Positions 30,634 through 40,399 of a stretch of 64,000 nt of DNA are shown here, piece after piece. Positions within the stretch are counted from its first letter, which is position 1. Every line of letters begins with the position of its first letter. This stretch comes from Candidatus Sumerlaeia bacterium (GTDB taxonomy: Bacteria; Sumerlaeota; Sumerlaeia; SLMS01; JANRJK01). The stretch is from the NCBI GenBank assembly GCA_033764015.1, contig JANRJK010000013.1:480001-544000 (forward strand), given 5' to 3'. The notes under the pieces are model-generated. The model was not told the origin of the DNA and searched no databases. It was given only the letters and a program-made list of their open reading frames with translations. The position numbers were made by a program, and so were the translations under genes.

Positions 30634-32466
30634 ATGCAGCTTCGCAAGAACGCCATCATCGCGTCCATTTTCACCGCTTTCGCAGCCACCGGCGCCGCAC
30701 AGACCGCCAGCTCCGCCGCGCGGGTGGAACTCGTTGGCCGGCTGGAATCGGAGGCCGCGCTGCGGGCCGCCGAGGTTCGGGACTTCTCCGCGCGGACCGG
30801 CGTGCCGGTGCGAACGCAGGTCGACGGGGGCGGGCTCGCGGGGCTCGTCCGCGTTGAGCCCGGCCGACCGCCGCGGTTCGTGGCCGAGGAGAACATCAAC
30901 GCCGCCATCTCGACCAACGCCAACCAGGTGCGCGGGAATCCCACGTTCCTTTCCGTCGACGGAACCGGCGTCATTGTCGGCAAGTGGGATGGCGGCATGG
31001 CGCGCACGACGCATCAGGAGTTCAACTTTCCCGCAGGTCCCTCCCGCATCACGGTGATCGACGGGACGACGACGGTTTCCAGCCACGCGACGCATGTGGC
31101 CGGGACGATGGCCGGCGCCGGGGCGAACGCGGCGGCGCTCGGCATGGCGCCGGGATCGACGGTCTGGTCGGCGGACTTCTTCGACGACACGCCCGAGATG
31201 GCGCCCGCCGCCGCCGATGCGCCCGGCCAGACGAACCGCATCTACCACTCGAACCACTCCTACGGCCTCATCGCTGGCTGGATCTCGGGCGACTTCGGCG
31301 CGGGTGGAGGCGTCTACTGGTTCGGCAACTGGGGCGACGTCGAGGACTCCGGCTTCGGCCTCTACGACGGCTCGGCGCGGGACGTCGACGACATCGTGTT
31401 CAACTCACCCTACTACCTGCCGATCAAGTCGTCCGGCAACGACCGCGACGATGCGCCCCCCTCGAACGGGTCTTCCTTCTTCCGCTGGGATCCGGTGGCG
31501 GAGGACTGGGTGGCGGAGGTCTACGACTCGTCGATCCATCCGGGCCAGGACGGGAACGGCGGCGCCGGCTACGATAGCGTTTCCTACAACGGTGTGGCGA
31601 AGAACATCCTCACCGTGGGAGCCGTCACGGATGCGGTATCCGGCGGCGTCCGCAGCGTCTCCTCCTCGTTCCAAAGCGGCTTCTCGAGCTGGGGTCCCGC
31701 GGACGACGGACGCCTGAAGCCCGAGCTCGTCGGCAACGGCGTCTCCCTCTTCTCCAGCCTCGCCGGTTCGGACACGTCCTACGGCAACGCCTCGGGCACC
31801 TCGATGTCGGCACCGAACATCTCCGGCACCGCGTCGCTCCTGATCCAGTACTACCGCCTCCGCTTCCCGGGCGGCGACATGCGCGCGTCGACGCTGAAGG
31901 GCCTCCTGATCCACACCGCCGACGACATGGGGCCCGCCGGCCCCGACTACCAGAACGGCTTCGGCCTCGTGAACGGGCTGGCCGCCGCCCAGCAGATCCA
32001 AGCCCACGCCGACCACCCCACCCGGCTGCACCTCCGCGAGGACTCGCTGACGGACACCACCGACCCGCTGGACGAGTTCGCCTTCACGTGGGACGGAACG
32101 AGCCCGCTCGTCGCGACCCTCTGCTGGACCGATCCGCCCGGGACCGCGCTCGACCCCTTGGCCGGCGTCGACCAAGGGTTGCGCCAGCTGGCGAACGATC
32201 TCGACCTTTCGATCATCGGTCCCGACGCGACCGTCCACCGCCAGTTCCGGCTCGATGGCGCCAACCCCGCCGCCGCCGCGACCACCGGCGACAACGACGC
32301 CGACAACATCCGCCAGGTCCGCATCGCCGCCCCCGCCGGCGGTACCACGGGTTGGACCCTCCGGATCGAATCCGACGGCGCGATCCTCGACGGCCCGCAG
32401 GTGTATTCCCTCTTCCTGAGCGGCCAGTCCGACGCCGCCGGTGTGGAGGGTTGGCGGGTGTACTAA
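30634..32466 (+). CDS. Secreted S8 serine peptidase (Kp43-like subgroup)
   Basis: Signal peptide; WDGG, HATHVAGT, AKNILTVGAV, FSSWGPADDGRLKPELV, GTSMSAP, NDLDL motifs. Confidence 0.9.
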   Translation: MQLRKNAIIASIFTAFAATGAAQTASSAARVELVGRLESEAALRAAEVRDFSARTGVPVRTQVDGGGLAGLVRVEPGRPPRFVAEENINAAISTNANQVRGNPTFLSVDGTGVIVGKWDGGMARTTHQEFNFPAGPSRITVIDGTTTVSSHATHVAGTMAGAGANAAALGMAPGSTVWSADFFDDTPEMAPAAADAPGQTNRIYHSNHSYGLIAGWISGDFGAGGGVYWFGNWGDVEDSGFGLYDGSARDVDDIVFNSPYYLPIKSSGNDRDDAPPSNGSSFFRWDPVAEDWVAEVYDSSIHPGQDGNGGAGYDSVSYNGVAKNILTVGAVTDAVSGGVRSVSSSFQSGFSSWGPADDGRLKPELVGNGVSLFSSLAGSDTSYGNASGTSMSAPNISGTASLLIQYYRLRFPGGDMRASTLKGLLIHTADDMGPAGPDYQNGFGLVNGLAAAQQIQAHADHPTRLHLREDSLTDTTDPLDEFAFTWDGTSPLVATLCWTDPPGTALDPLAGVDQGLRQLANDLDLSIIGPDATVHRQFRLDGANPAAAATTGDNDADNIRQVRIAAPAGGTTGWTLRIESDGAILDGPQVYSLFLSGQSDAAGVEGWRVY

Positions 32467-32571
32467 GACCCAACGGGGCGAACGCGCGGGGGGCGGACAA
32501 TGCGCTTGTTACCCCCCGCGCGGCGCCGCCACGCTCTTGCGCTGATCCCACGCCCGGAGCGCTTCCGCCCG

Positions 32572-33570
32572 ATGCCCCTTCGCGATGCCAACGTCCTCAT
32601 CACCGGAGGCACCGGCTCCTTCGGCAAGAAGTGCGTCGAGGTGCTGCTGCGCGAGTGCCCGCCGCGCCGCCTCGTCGTCTTCAGCCGCGACGAGCAGAAG
32701 CACGTCGACATGATGCGCAACCACTTCCCGCCGGAGCGCTTCCCCCAGATGCGCTACTTCGTCGGCGACGTGCGCGACCGCGACCGCCTGGCGCGCGCGA
32801 TGCGCGGCATCGACTTCGTCATCCACGCGGCCGCGATGAAGCACGTGGACTTCGCCGAGTACAACCCGCAGGAGTGCATCCACACCAACATCGGCGGCGC
32901 CCAGAACGTGATCGACGCCGCGATCGACTGCGGCGTGAAGAAGGTCATCGCGCTTTCGACCGACAAGGCCGCCTCGCCGATCAACCTCTACGGCGCAACG
33001 AAGCTCTGCTCGGACAAGCTCTTCGTCGCCGCAAACCACCTCTCCGGCGCCACCGGGCCGCGATTCGCCGTGGTCCGCTACGGCAACGTCGTCGGCTCGA
33101 AGGGCAGCGTGATCCCGTTCTTCATCGAGAAGCGCAAGACGGGCGTCTTCCCCATCACGGACCCGCGCATGACGCGGTTCTGGATCACGCTTCAGCAGGG
33201 CGTCCAGCTCGTGCTGACGAGCTTCGAGACGATGAACGGCGGCGAGCTGTTCGTCCCCAAGATCCCCAGCATGAACATCATGGAACTGGCCGCCGCGGTC
33301 GGGCCGGAGTGCCGCACCGAGATCGTCGGCATCCGGCCGGGCGAGAAGCTCCACGAGTGCATGATCACCGTGGACGACGCGCGCCACACGATCGACTGCG
33401 GCGAGTACTACGTGATCCAGCCGGCGTTCCACTGGTGGCAGCGCGAGTGGACCGCGAAGCACGGCGGCAAGCCCGTCGCCGAGGACTTCACCTACTCGAG
33501 CGACATCAACACGGAGTGGCTCGACCGCGAGGCGCTCCGCCGCATGATCGACACCCTGGAGATCGTCTGA
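32572..33570 (+). CDS. pseB: UDP-N-acetylglucosamine 4,6-dehydratase (inverting)
   Basis: TGGTGSFG, FSRDE, STDKA, YGATK, RYGNVVGS, ITDPRMTRFW, GIRPGEKLHE. Confidence 0.93.
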   Translation: MPLRDANVLITGGTGSFGKKCVEVLLRECPPRRLVVFSRDEQKHVDMMRNHFPPERFPQMRYFVGDVRDRDRLARAMRGIDFVIHAAAMKHVDFAEYNPQECIHTNIGGAQNVIDAAIDCGVKKVIALSTDKAASPINLYGATKLCSDKLFVAANHLSGATGPRFAVVRYGNVVGSKGSVIPFFIEKRKTGVFPITDPRMTRFWITLQQGVQLVLTSFETMNGGELFVPKIPSMNIMELAAAVGPECRTEIVGIRPGEKLHECMITVDDARHTIDCGEYYVIQPAFHWWQREWTAKHGGKPVAEDFTYSSDINTEWLDREALRRMIDTLEIV

Positions 33571-33580
33571 GCCCCGAGCC

Positions 33581-34804
33581 ATGGCCGACGCGTTCCTGCC
33601 CTACGGGCGGCACTGGATCGAGGATGACGACATCGCCGCCGTGGCGGAGGTGTTGCGCGGCGATTGGCTGACGCAGGGCCCCAAGGTCGCCGAGTTCGAG
33701 GAAGCGGTCGCGGCGAAGGTCGGCGCGCGCCACGCGGTCGCGTTCAACTCCGGCACCTCGGCGCTGCACGGGGCGATCCTCGCCGCGGGCATCGGCACCG
33801 GCGCGGGCGGACGCTCGGACGACGAGTGCGCCAGCCCCGCCGTCAGCTTCCTCGCCACCGCCAACTGCGCGCTCCACGCGGGCGCCAAGCCCGTCTTCGC
33901 CGACGTGGACGCCCTGTCGGTGCATTCCTCGCCGGCGCACTTCGAGGCGGTCCTCACGGAGCGCACCCGCGCGGTGATGCCGGTGCACTTCGCGGGCCAC
34001 GCGGTGGACATGCCCGGCATCGCGGAACTGGTCCGCCGCCGCGCCCCGGGCGCGGTGATCATCGAGGACGCCTGCCACGCGCCGGGGGCGCTCCACGCGG
34101 ACGGCTCGCCGGTGGGGTCGCTGCGCTACGGCGACATGGTGATGTTCAGCTTCCACCCGGTTAAGCACGCCGCGGCGGGGGAGGGCGGCGTGATCACCTG
34201 CGACCGCGACGACCTCGCGGCGGGTCTGCGGCTCTACCGGAGCCACGGCATGGTGAAGGACCCCGCGCTGCTCGAGCGCCCGGCCGAAGGGCCGTGGTAC
34301 TACGAGATGCACGAGCTCGGCTACAACTTCCGAATGCCCGACATGAACGCGGCGCTCGGGCTGTCGCAGTGGCGCAAGCTCGATCGCTTCGTCGCGCGCC
34401 GGCGCGAGTTGGCCGCCTACTACCACGGCGCCTTCGCCGACGCGGAAGCGCGCGGGCTGCTCCGCCGCCCGCCCACCGGCGCTGACCCCGGGCGCGAGGC
34501 GGACCCCACCGCGCACCGCAACTCGTGGCACATCTACATCCTCCACATCGACTTCGCGCGCGTCGGCAAGCCGCGCACGCAGGTCGTCGCCGAGCTCCGC
34601 GCGCGCGGCGTCGGCACGCAGGTGCACTACTTCCCGGTGCCGCTCCAGCCCTACTACCGGCGCCTTCTTGGCGACCAGGCGGGGCTCTTACCGGGCGCGG
34701 AGCGCCACTATGCGGAGGCGCTCACGATCCCGCTCTTCCCGCTGATGACGGACGCGGACGCCGCGCGCGTCGCGGCGGCGGTCCACGAGGTGCTCGGCGC
34801 GTGA
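33581..34804 (+). CDS. pseC: UDP-4-amino-4,6-dideoxy-N-acetyl-L-altrosamine transaminase (DegT family)
   Basis: LPYGRH, WLTQGP, EDACHA, FSFHPVK, GEGG, ELGYNFR, QVHYFP. Confidence 0.9.
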   Translation: MADAFLPYGRHWIEDDDIAAVAEVLRGDWLTQGPKVAEFEEAVAAKVGARHAVAFNSGTSALHGAILAAGIGTGAGGRSDDECASPAVSFLATANCALHAGAKPVFADVDALSVHSSPAHFEAVLTERTRAVMPVHFAGHAVDMPGIAELVRRRAPGAVIIEDACHAPGALHADGSPVGSLRYGDMVMFSFHPVKHAAAGEGGVITCDRDDLAAGLRLYRSHGMVKDPALLERPAEGPWYYEMHELGYNFRMPDMNAALGLSQWRKLDRFVARRRELAAYYHGAFADAEARGLLRRPPTGADPGREADPTAHRNSWHIYILHIDFARVGKPRTQVVAELRARGVGTQVHYFPVPLQPYYRRLLGDQAGLLPGAERHYAEALTIPLFPLMTDADAARVAAAVHEVLGA

Positions 34805-35538
34805 GCGGCCGCACCATAGCGATCATCCAGGCGCGCGCGGGCTCGACGCGCCTGCCGCGCAAGGTGCTGATGCCGCTCGAAGGCGTACCGATGCTGGCGC
34901 ATCTGGTGGCGCGCGTCCGCGCGGTGCCGGCGCTGGCCGCGGTCGTGGTCGCGACCTCGACGCTGGACCGCGACGACGATGTGGCGGCGGTCGCCCGCGA
35001 GGCGGGCGCTGAGGTGTTCCGCGGCAGCGAGGGCGACGTGCTCTCGCGCTACCACGAAGCGGCCCGCGAGTTCCAGGCGACCACTGTGGTCCGCATCACC
35101 GGCGACTGCCCGCTCTACGACGGCGGGCTGCTGGCCGAGATGCTCGCACGCCGCGCGGCGCTCTCGCCGCACTCCTACTACAGCAACGCGTTCCGGCGCA
35201 CATATCCGCGGGGACTCGACACGGAGATCTTCGAGCGCGAGACGCTCGAACTGGTCCACCGCTTGGCGGACGACCCCGCCGAGCGGGAGCACGTCACGGC
35301 CTTCCTTTGGCGCCGGCCGACGGTGTTCGAGTGCGTGAACCACGAGAACCCCGAGGGCGACTGGTCGCACTGGCGTTGGACCGTGGACACGCCGGAGGAC
35401 TTCGCGATGGTGACGCGCGTTTATGCGGAGCTTTACCCGCGGGCGCCGCTGTTCGATCGTCACGCGGTGGCGGAGCTCCTCCGCGCCCGGCCGGAGATCG
35501 CCGCGATCAACTCGGAAGTGGCCCAGAAGCCCGTCTAG
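34801..35538 (+). CDS. SpsF-type acylneuraminate cytidylyltransferase (functional PseF equivalent)
   Basis: IIQARAGSTRLPRKVL, RGSEGDVLSRY, RITGDCP, EREHVT, RWTVDTPED; GTGA overlap with pseC. Confidence 0.85.
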   Translation: MSGRTIAIIQARAGSTRLPRKVLMPLEGVPMLAHLVARVRAVPALAAVVVATSTLDRDDDVAAVAREAGAEVFRGSEGDVLSRYHEAAREFQATTVVRITGDCPLYDGGLLAEMLARRAALSPHSYYSNAFRRTYPRGLDTEIFERETLELVHRLADDPAEREHVTAFLWRRPTVFECVNHENPEGDWSHWRWTVDTPEDFAMVTRVYAELYPRAPLFDRHAVAELLRARPEIAAINSEVAQKPV

Positions 35539-35541
35539 CCC

Positions 35542-37074
35542 ATGCCCCCCCTTCGCAAAGTCCTGATCCGCGCGGACGCATCGCCGGACATCGGCCTCGG
35601 CCATGTGATGCGCTCCCTCGCACTGGCGCGCGCGCTCGCCGCAAAACGCCGCGAGGTGGTGTTCGCCTCGCGCGCCGCGACGGGAATCGCGCAACAACTC
35701 ATCGAAGCGGCGGGCTTCCCGCACCGCCAGCTCTCCGCGGACCTGCGGGAGTCCGTCGACGCGGAAGGCACGCTCGCCGCCGCCAAGGCGGAGGGCGCGG
35801 GGATGGTCGTGGTGGACCACTACGGTGCCGGCGCCGAATGGTACCGCCGCGTTGGCACCGAGCTGCCACTCGCGGTGATCGACGACTTCGGCGACCCCGC
35901 CGCAGCCGAGCACGCCGCGCTTGTCCTCAACCAGAGCCCCGCCGCCGACGCCTCCATCTACCGCGACAAGCCGCTGCTCCTCTGCGGCGCCCGCTACGCC
36001 ATGCTCCGCGACAGCATCGTGGACCTGCGCATCCGCCGGAAGGCCCGGGGCTGCGACTCGGACACCGGGCGCGTACTGGTCACCTACGGCGGCGCCGACC
36101 CGCGGGGGATGACGCCGCGCATCGTCGAGGCGCTACGCGGACTCGCGGCGATCAGGAAACTCGTTGTCGTCACCGGCCCCGCTTATCGGCAGCGGGAAGC
36201 CATGGCGGCGCTCGTCTCGGAGATTCCCGGCGCCGAGTACCGCCACGCCGTCCCAGACCTCACCACGTACCTGGTCGACGCGGACGTCGCCGTCACCGCG
36301 GGAGGCACCACGCTCCACGAGGCCATGTGCATCGGCGTCCCCTGCGTCGTGATCGAGGCCGCCTCGAACCAGCACGGGCAGATCGTCGAGCACGCGCAGG
36401 CCGGCGCGATCAAGGCCCTCGGGCCGGTGGACCGCTTCGAGGCCGCCGCGCTCCGCGCCGCCGTCGAGGAGTTGCTCGCCGACCCCGCTGCCCGCTCGCG
36501 CATGGCCCACGAGGCCCGCACCATCGTCGATGGATACGGAGCCCAGCGCGTCGCCGAGGGTCTCCTCAACTCGCTCCGCCGCGACGTGCCGATCCTCCAC
36601 TCCACGCCCGGAATCCAGATGCGCCCCGCCAGCATGGACGACGCGGAGCTGCTCCTCAACTGGCGCAACGACCCGCTCACGCGCCTCATGTCGCTCTCCG
36701 CCGACGAGGTGACGCTCGAGGAGCACCTTCGCTGGCTGGAAGGAACGCTCAAGCGCACCGACCGCGAGCTGCTCATCGGCGAGTTCCAGGGCGAGGCCGT
36801 CGGCCTCGGGCGCCACGACTACTTCGGCCAGAACGATTCGCTGCTGAACATCAACATGAACAGCCTCGCGCGCGGGCGCGGCTTCGCCGTGGGCCTCCTC
36901 GGCGCCGCCATGCGCTGGCCCGCTGCGAAGCGCGGCCCCACCTTGATCCACGGACACGTCTTCCCCGAAAACTCCGCCTCGCAGCGCATGGTCCAGCAGA
37001 ACGGGATGGCGCGCCACGGCTACGTCAAGGTGCGCGGCGGCTGGGCCGTGCATTGGACCAGATTGATGAAGTGA
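35542..37074 (+). CDS. pseG: PseG UDP-sugar hydrolase fused to C-terminal PseH-like GNAT N-acetyltransferase
   Basis: IRADAS-IGLGHVMR, VDHY, IDD, YGGADP, AGGTT, VDGYGAQRV, then WRNDP...EHLRW...ENSASQRM GNAT segment. Confidence 0.87.
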   Translation: MPPLRKVLIRADASPDIGLGHVMRSLALARALAAKRREVVFASRAATGIAQQLIEAAGFPHRQLSADLRESVDAEGTLAAAKAEGAGMVVVDHYGAGAEWYRRVGTELPLAVIDDFGDPAAAEHAALVLNQSPAADASIYRDKPLLLCGARYAMLRDSIVDLRIRRKARGCDSDTGRVLVTYGGADPRGMTPRIVEALRGLAAIRKLVVVTGPAYRQREAMAALVSEIPGAEYRHAVPDLTTYLVDADVAVTAGGTTLHEAMCIGVPCVVIEAASNQHGQIVEHAQAGAIKALGPVDRFEAAALRAAVEELLADPAARSRMAHEARTIVDGYGAQRVAEGLLNSLRRDVPILHSTPGIQMRPASMDDAELLLNWRNDPLTRLMSLSADEVTLEEHLRWLEGTLKRTDRELLIGEFQGEAVGLGRHDYFGQNDSLLNINMNSLARGRGFAVGLLGAAMRWPAAKRGPTLIHGHVFPENSASQRMVQQNGMARHGYVKVRGGWAVHWTRLMK

Positions 37075-37084
37075 GGAGCGCGCC

Positions 37085-38131
37085 ATGACCTTCGAAATCG
37101 CCGGACGCCGCATCGGGCCGGGCGAGCCCGCCTTCATTATCGCCGAGCTTTCCGCCAACCACAACGGCTCCCTGGAGCACGCCTGCCTCGTGATCGAGGA
37201 AGCCGCCCGCTGCGGCGCCGACGCGGTGAAGCTCCAGACCTACACCGCCGACACCATCACGCTCGATTGCGACGCGCCGCCGTTCCGCATCCCCGGCGAG
37301 GGCCTCTGGGCGAACCGCACGCTGCACGACCTCTACAAGGAAGCCTACACGCCGTGGGAGTGGCACGCGCGGCTCCGCGACTGCGCGCACGCGAACGGAC
37401 TCATCATCTTCTCCTCGCCGTTCGATCCCACCGCCGTGGACTTCCTCCACGAGCTGGGCATGCCGGCGTTCAAGGTCGCCAGCTTCGAACTCACCGACGT
37501 TCCGCTTATCGCGTACGCCGCGCGCCTCGGCAAGCCCCTCATCATGTCCACCGGCATGGCGGTCGAATCCGAGATCCAGGACGCCGTGGACGCCGTGCGC
37601 CGGACGGGCAACCAGCAGCTCGCGCTGCTGAAGTGCACCAGCTCCTACCCCGCGCCCGCCGCAGAGGCGAACCTGCGCACGATCCCTGCCCTCGCGGAGC
37701 GCTTCGGCGTGGTGGCGGGCCTGTCGGACCACACCATGGGCCCCGCGGTGCCCGTGGCGGCGGTGGCGCTCGGCGCTTGCATCATTGAGAAGCACTTCTG
37801 CCTCTCCCGCTCCGAGGGCGGCCCCGACTCGGCCTTCTCGCTCGAACCGCCGGAACTCCGCCAACTCGTCGCGGACATCCGCACCGCGGAGGAATCGCTA
37901 GGCCGCGCGCAGTTTGAGCCGACCGCGAAGGAACTGCTCGCGCGTGGCTACCGGCGCTCGCTCTTCGCGGTCGAGGACATCGCGGCGGGGGAGGAGCTGA
38001 CGGCGAAGAACGTGCGCTCGATCCGCCCCGGCCACGGCCTCGCGCCGAAGCACCTGCCCGAGGTCCTCGGCAGGCGCGCGAAGGTGGCGATCCAGCGCGG
38101 GACGCCGCTGGGGTGGGAGTTGGTGGTGTAG
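37085..38131 (+). CDS. pseI: Pseudaminic acid synthase
   Basis: IAELSANHNG, VKLQTYTADTIT, KVASFE, LKCTSSYPA, GLSDHT, IEKHF, RSIRPG, SAF domain. Confidence 0.94.
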   Translation: MTFEIAGRRIGPGEPAFIIAELSANHNGSLEHACLVIEEAARCGADAVKLQTYTADTITLDCDAPPFRIPGEGLWANRTLHDLYKEAYTPWEWHARLRDCAHANGLIIFSSPFDPTAVDFLHELGMPAFKVASFELTDVPLIAYAARLGKPLIMSTGMAVESEIQDAVDAVRRTGNQQLALLKCTSSYPAPAAEANLRTIPALAERFGVVAGLSDHTMGPAVPVAAVALGACIIEKHFCLSRSEGGPDSAFSLEPPELRQLVADIRTAEESLGRAQFEPTAKELLARGYRRSLFAVEDIAAGEELTAKNVRSIRPGHGLAPKHLPEVLGRRAKVAIQRGTPLGWELVV

Positions 38132-38156
38132 ACCACCCACCCGCACGGCTCCCCAC

Positions 38157-38825
38157 TCAGGGATCGACGTGGATGCCTAGGCCGGCTGCGGCGATTCCGG
38201 CGAGCAGTGAGACAACGATGAGGACGGTTCCGAGCGCGGACTCGATCGCTCGGGGAGTCAGCGGTGTTGGCGGCTCCGCGCCGCGACCTCTCACGAACAC
38301 GTCGGCGAGCATCCGCAGCCTGCTGTCCGACAGGACACCCAGCCCCAGCACAAACATCGGCGCGGCGGCGTCCACCGCGAACGAGTCCACCCTCACCTTC
38401 ACCACCGCGCCGGCAACCATGAACGCGACGATGACCGCGATCGGCGCAACGACCGAGGCGCGGGCGCGCGCGTTGTCTCCCTCCAGTGCCCGCGCGAACC
38501 ACGCTCCGATCCGAAGATTCGGGACGGCGCCGATCAGGAGGGCGGATACGAAGAGCGCCTCCCACAGTCTGAAGAGGATGGGCGGATCTGTGTGGTGGAA
38601 GTCGTGGACGAGCGCGAACACGGTCCAAGACGCATACAATAGGAATGCGGTGGTGCGGAGTCGCCGCCGCGAACCCTCAAGGACGCGTAGTTCGGCCGGT
38701 GCCTCGCGCTGCGTCTGCTTCGGGAAAACCGGCCGAACATAAGGCGAGAGGAAGTACCACAGCGGGGGGCTCGCGATCAGTACCACCAACGCAGCTGCGG
38801 TCAGCCCCTCGATAAGCCTGTCCAT
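38157..38825 (-). CDS. Hypothetical multi-pass membrane protein
   Basis: GGAGG RBS; about six hydrophobic segments; codon usage less GC-skewed than neighbours. Confidence 0.65.
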   Translation of the reverse strand: MDRLIEGLTAAALVVLIASPPLWYFLSPYVRPVFPKQTQREAPAELRVLEGSRRRLRTTAFLLYASWTVFALVHDFHHTDPPILFRLWEALFVSALLIGAVPNLRIGAWFARALEGDNARARASVVAPIAVIVAFMVAGAVVKVRVDSFAVDAAAPMFVLGLGVLSDSRLRMLADVFVRGRGAEPPTPLTPRAIESALGTVLIVVSLLAGIAAAGLGIHVDP

Positions 38826-38861
38826 CTGCGCCCACCTCCCTCACGCGGGTCTCTCGACCCC

Positions 38862-40385
38862 TCACTCCCACTCAATCGTCCCCGGCGGCTTCGATGTGAT
38901 GTCGTACACCACGCGGTTCACGCCGCGGACTTCATTGGCGATGCGGTTCGAGATGCGGCCGAGGACGTCGTAGGGGAGCTGCGCCCAGTCCGCCGTCATG
39001 CCGTCCGTGCTAGTGACGACGCGGACGGCGACGACTTGCCCGTAGGTGCGTTCGTCGCCCTGCACGCCGACGCTGCGCACCGGGAGGAGCACCGCGAACG
39101 CCTGCCACGTCTGGTCGAAGTACAAGTCCGAGCGCTTCAGCTCATCCACCACGATGTGGTCGCACTGGCGCAGCAGGTCGAGGGACTCCTGCTCGGCGGG
39201 GCCGAGAACGCGGATCGCGAGGCCGGGGCCGGGGAACGGGTGGCGCCAAAGGACTTCCTTCGGCAGCCCGAGCATGCAGCCCACCTCGCGGACCTCGTCC
39301 TTGAACAGCTCCTTGAGAGGCTCGACGATGCGCCCCTCCTTCATGAGGCCGAGCACCTCGGCGACGCGGTTGTGGTGCGTCTTGATGACGGCGCTGGGGC
39401 CGCTGGTCGAGACGCTTTCGATCACGTCCGGGTAAAGCGTGCCCTGGGCGAGCAGGTCGCCTTCGCCGATGCGTTCGCGGAGCACCTCGATGAAGACGCG
39501 CCCGATGATGCGGCGCTTCTCCTCCGGGTCCGAGACGCCCTTGAGCGGCTCGAGGAAGCGCCCGCGGGCGTCGATCAGGTCGACTTTGATGCCGACGCTC
39601 TCGAACATGGCGAGCACCTGTTCCGTCTCGCCGAGGCGGAGCAGCCCGTTGTCCACGAAGAAGCAATCGAGCTGCGCGCCGATGGCCTTGTGCAGCAGCG
39701 CGGCCATCACGGTGGAATCGACGCCGCCGGAGACCGCGGCGACGACGCGCCGGGCGCCGACCTCCGCGCGGATGGCGGCGACGTGCTCGCCGATCCAGTC
39801 GCCCAGCTCCCAGGTGCGTGCGGCTTGGCAGATCTTGAGCGCGAAGTTGGCGAGCATCATGTCGCCGCGCTCCGTGTGGTGCACCTCCGGGTGGAACTGC
39901 ACGCCCCACCAGCGGCGCGACTCGTGGCGCATGGCGCCGGGGCAGGCGTCCGTGGTGGCGAGCGCGCGCCAGCCGTCGGGCAGCTCGCGCACCGCGTCGC
40001 GGTGGCTCATCCAGACGTGCGTCTGGTGCTCGACGCCGTCGAAGAGCGGGTCGCGGGCGGTCTTGGTGAGGAGCGTGCGCCCGTACTCGCCCTTGGCGCC
40101 GGGGCCGACGCTGCCGGGCTTCGCCGCGTGCGCGAGCGCCTGCATCCCGTAGCAGATTCCGAGGATCGGCACGTCGAGCGACAACACCGCGGGATCGAGC
40201 TGCGGAGCGCCGGACGCGTGGACGCTGGCGGGTCCGCCGGACAGGATCAGGCCCTCGGGGGCCAGCTCGCGGAGCTTCTCCGCCGGCGTGTTGAACGGGA
40301 CGATGCGCGCGGGGACGCCGAGCTGGCGCACCTTGCGGGCGATGAGCTGGTTGTACTGCGCGCCGAAGTCGAGGATCAGGATCAT
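38862..40385 (-). CDS. guaA: GMP synthase (glutamine-hydrolyzing)
   Basis: ILDFGAQY, GICYGMQ, QFHPEV, SGGVDS, QGTLYPDVIES, IKTHHN, HPFPGPGL, SKPPGTIEWE. Confidence 0.97.
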   Translation of the reverse strand: MILILDFGAQYNQLIARKVRQLGVPARIVPFNTPAEKLRELAPEGLILSGGPASVHASGAPQLDPAVLSLDVPILGICYGMQALAHAAKPGSVGPGAKGEYGRTLLTKTARDPLFDGVEHQTHVWMSHRDAVRELPDGWRALATTDACPGAMRHESRRWWGVQFHPEVHHTERGDMMLANFALKICQAARTWELGDWIGEHVAAIRAEVGARRVVAAVSGGVDSTVMAALLHKAIGAQLDCFFVDNGLLRLGETEQVLAMFESVGIKVDLIDARGRFLEPLKGVSDPEEKRRIIGRVFIEVLRERIGEGDLLAQGTLYPDVIESVSTSGPSAVIKTHHNRVAEVLGLMKEGRIVEPLKELFKDEVREVGCMLGLPKEVLWRHPFPGPGLAIRVLGPAEQESLDLLRQCDHIVVDELKRSDLYFDQTWQAFAVLLPVRSVGVQGDERTYGQVVAVRVVTSTDGMTADWAQLPYDVLGRISNRIANEVRGVNRVVYDITSKPPGTIEWE

Positions 40386-40399
40386 CGGGTCCGCCCGCC

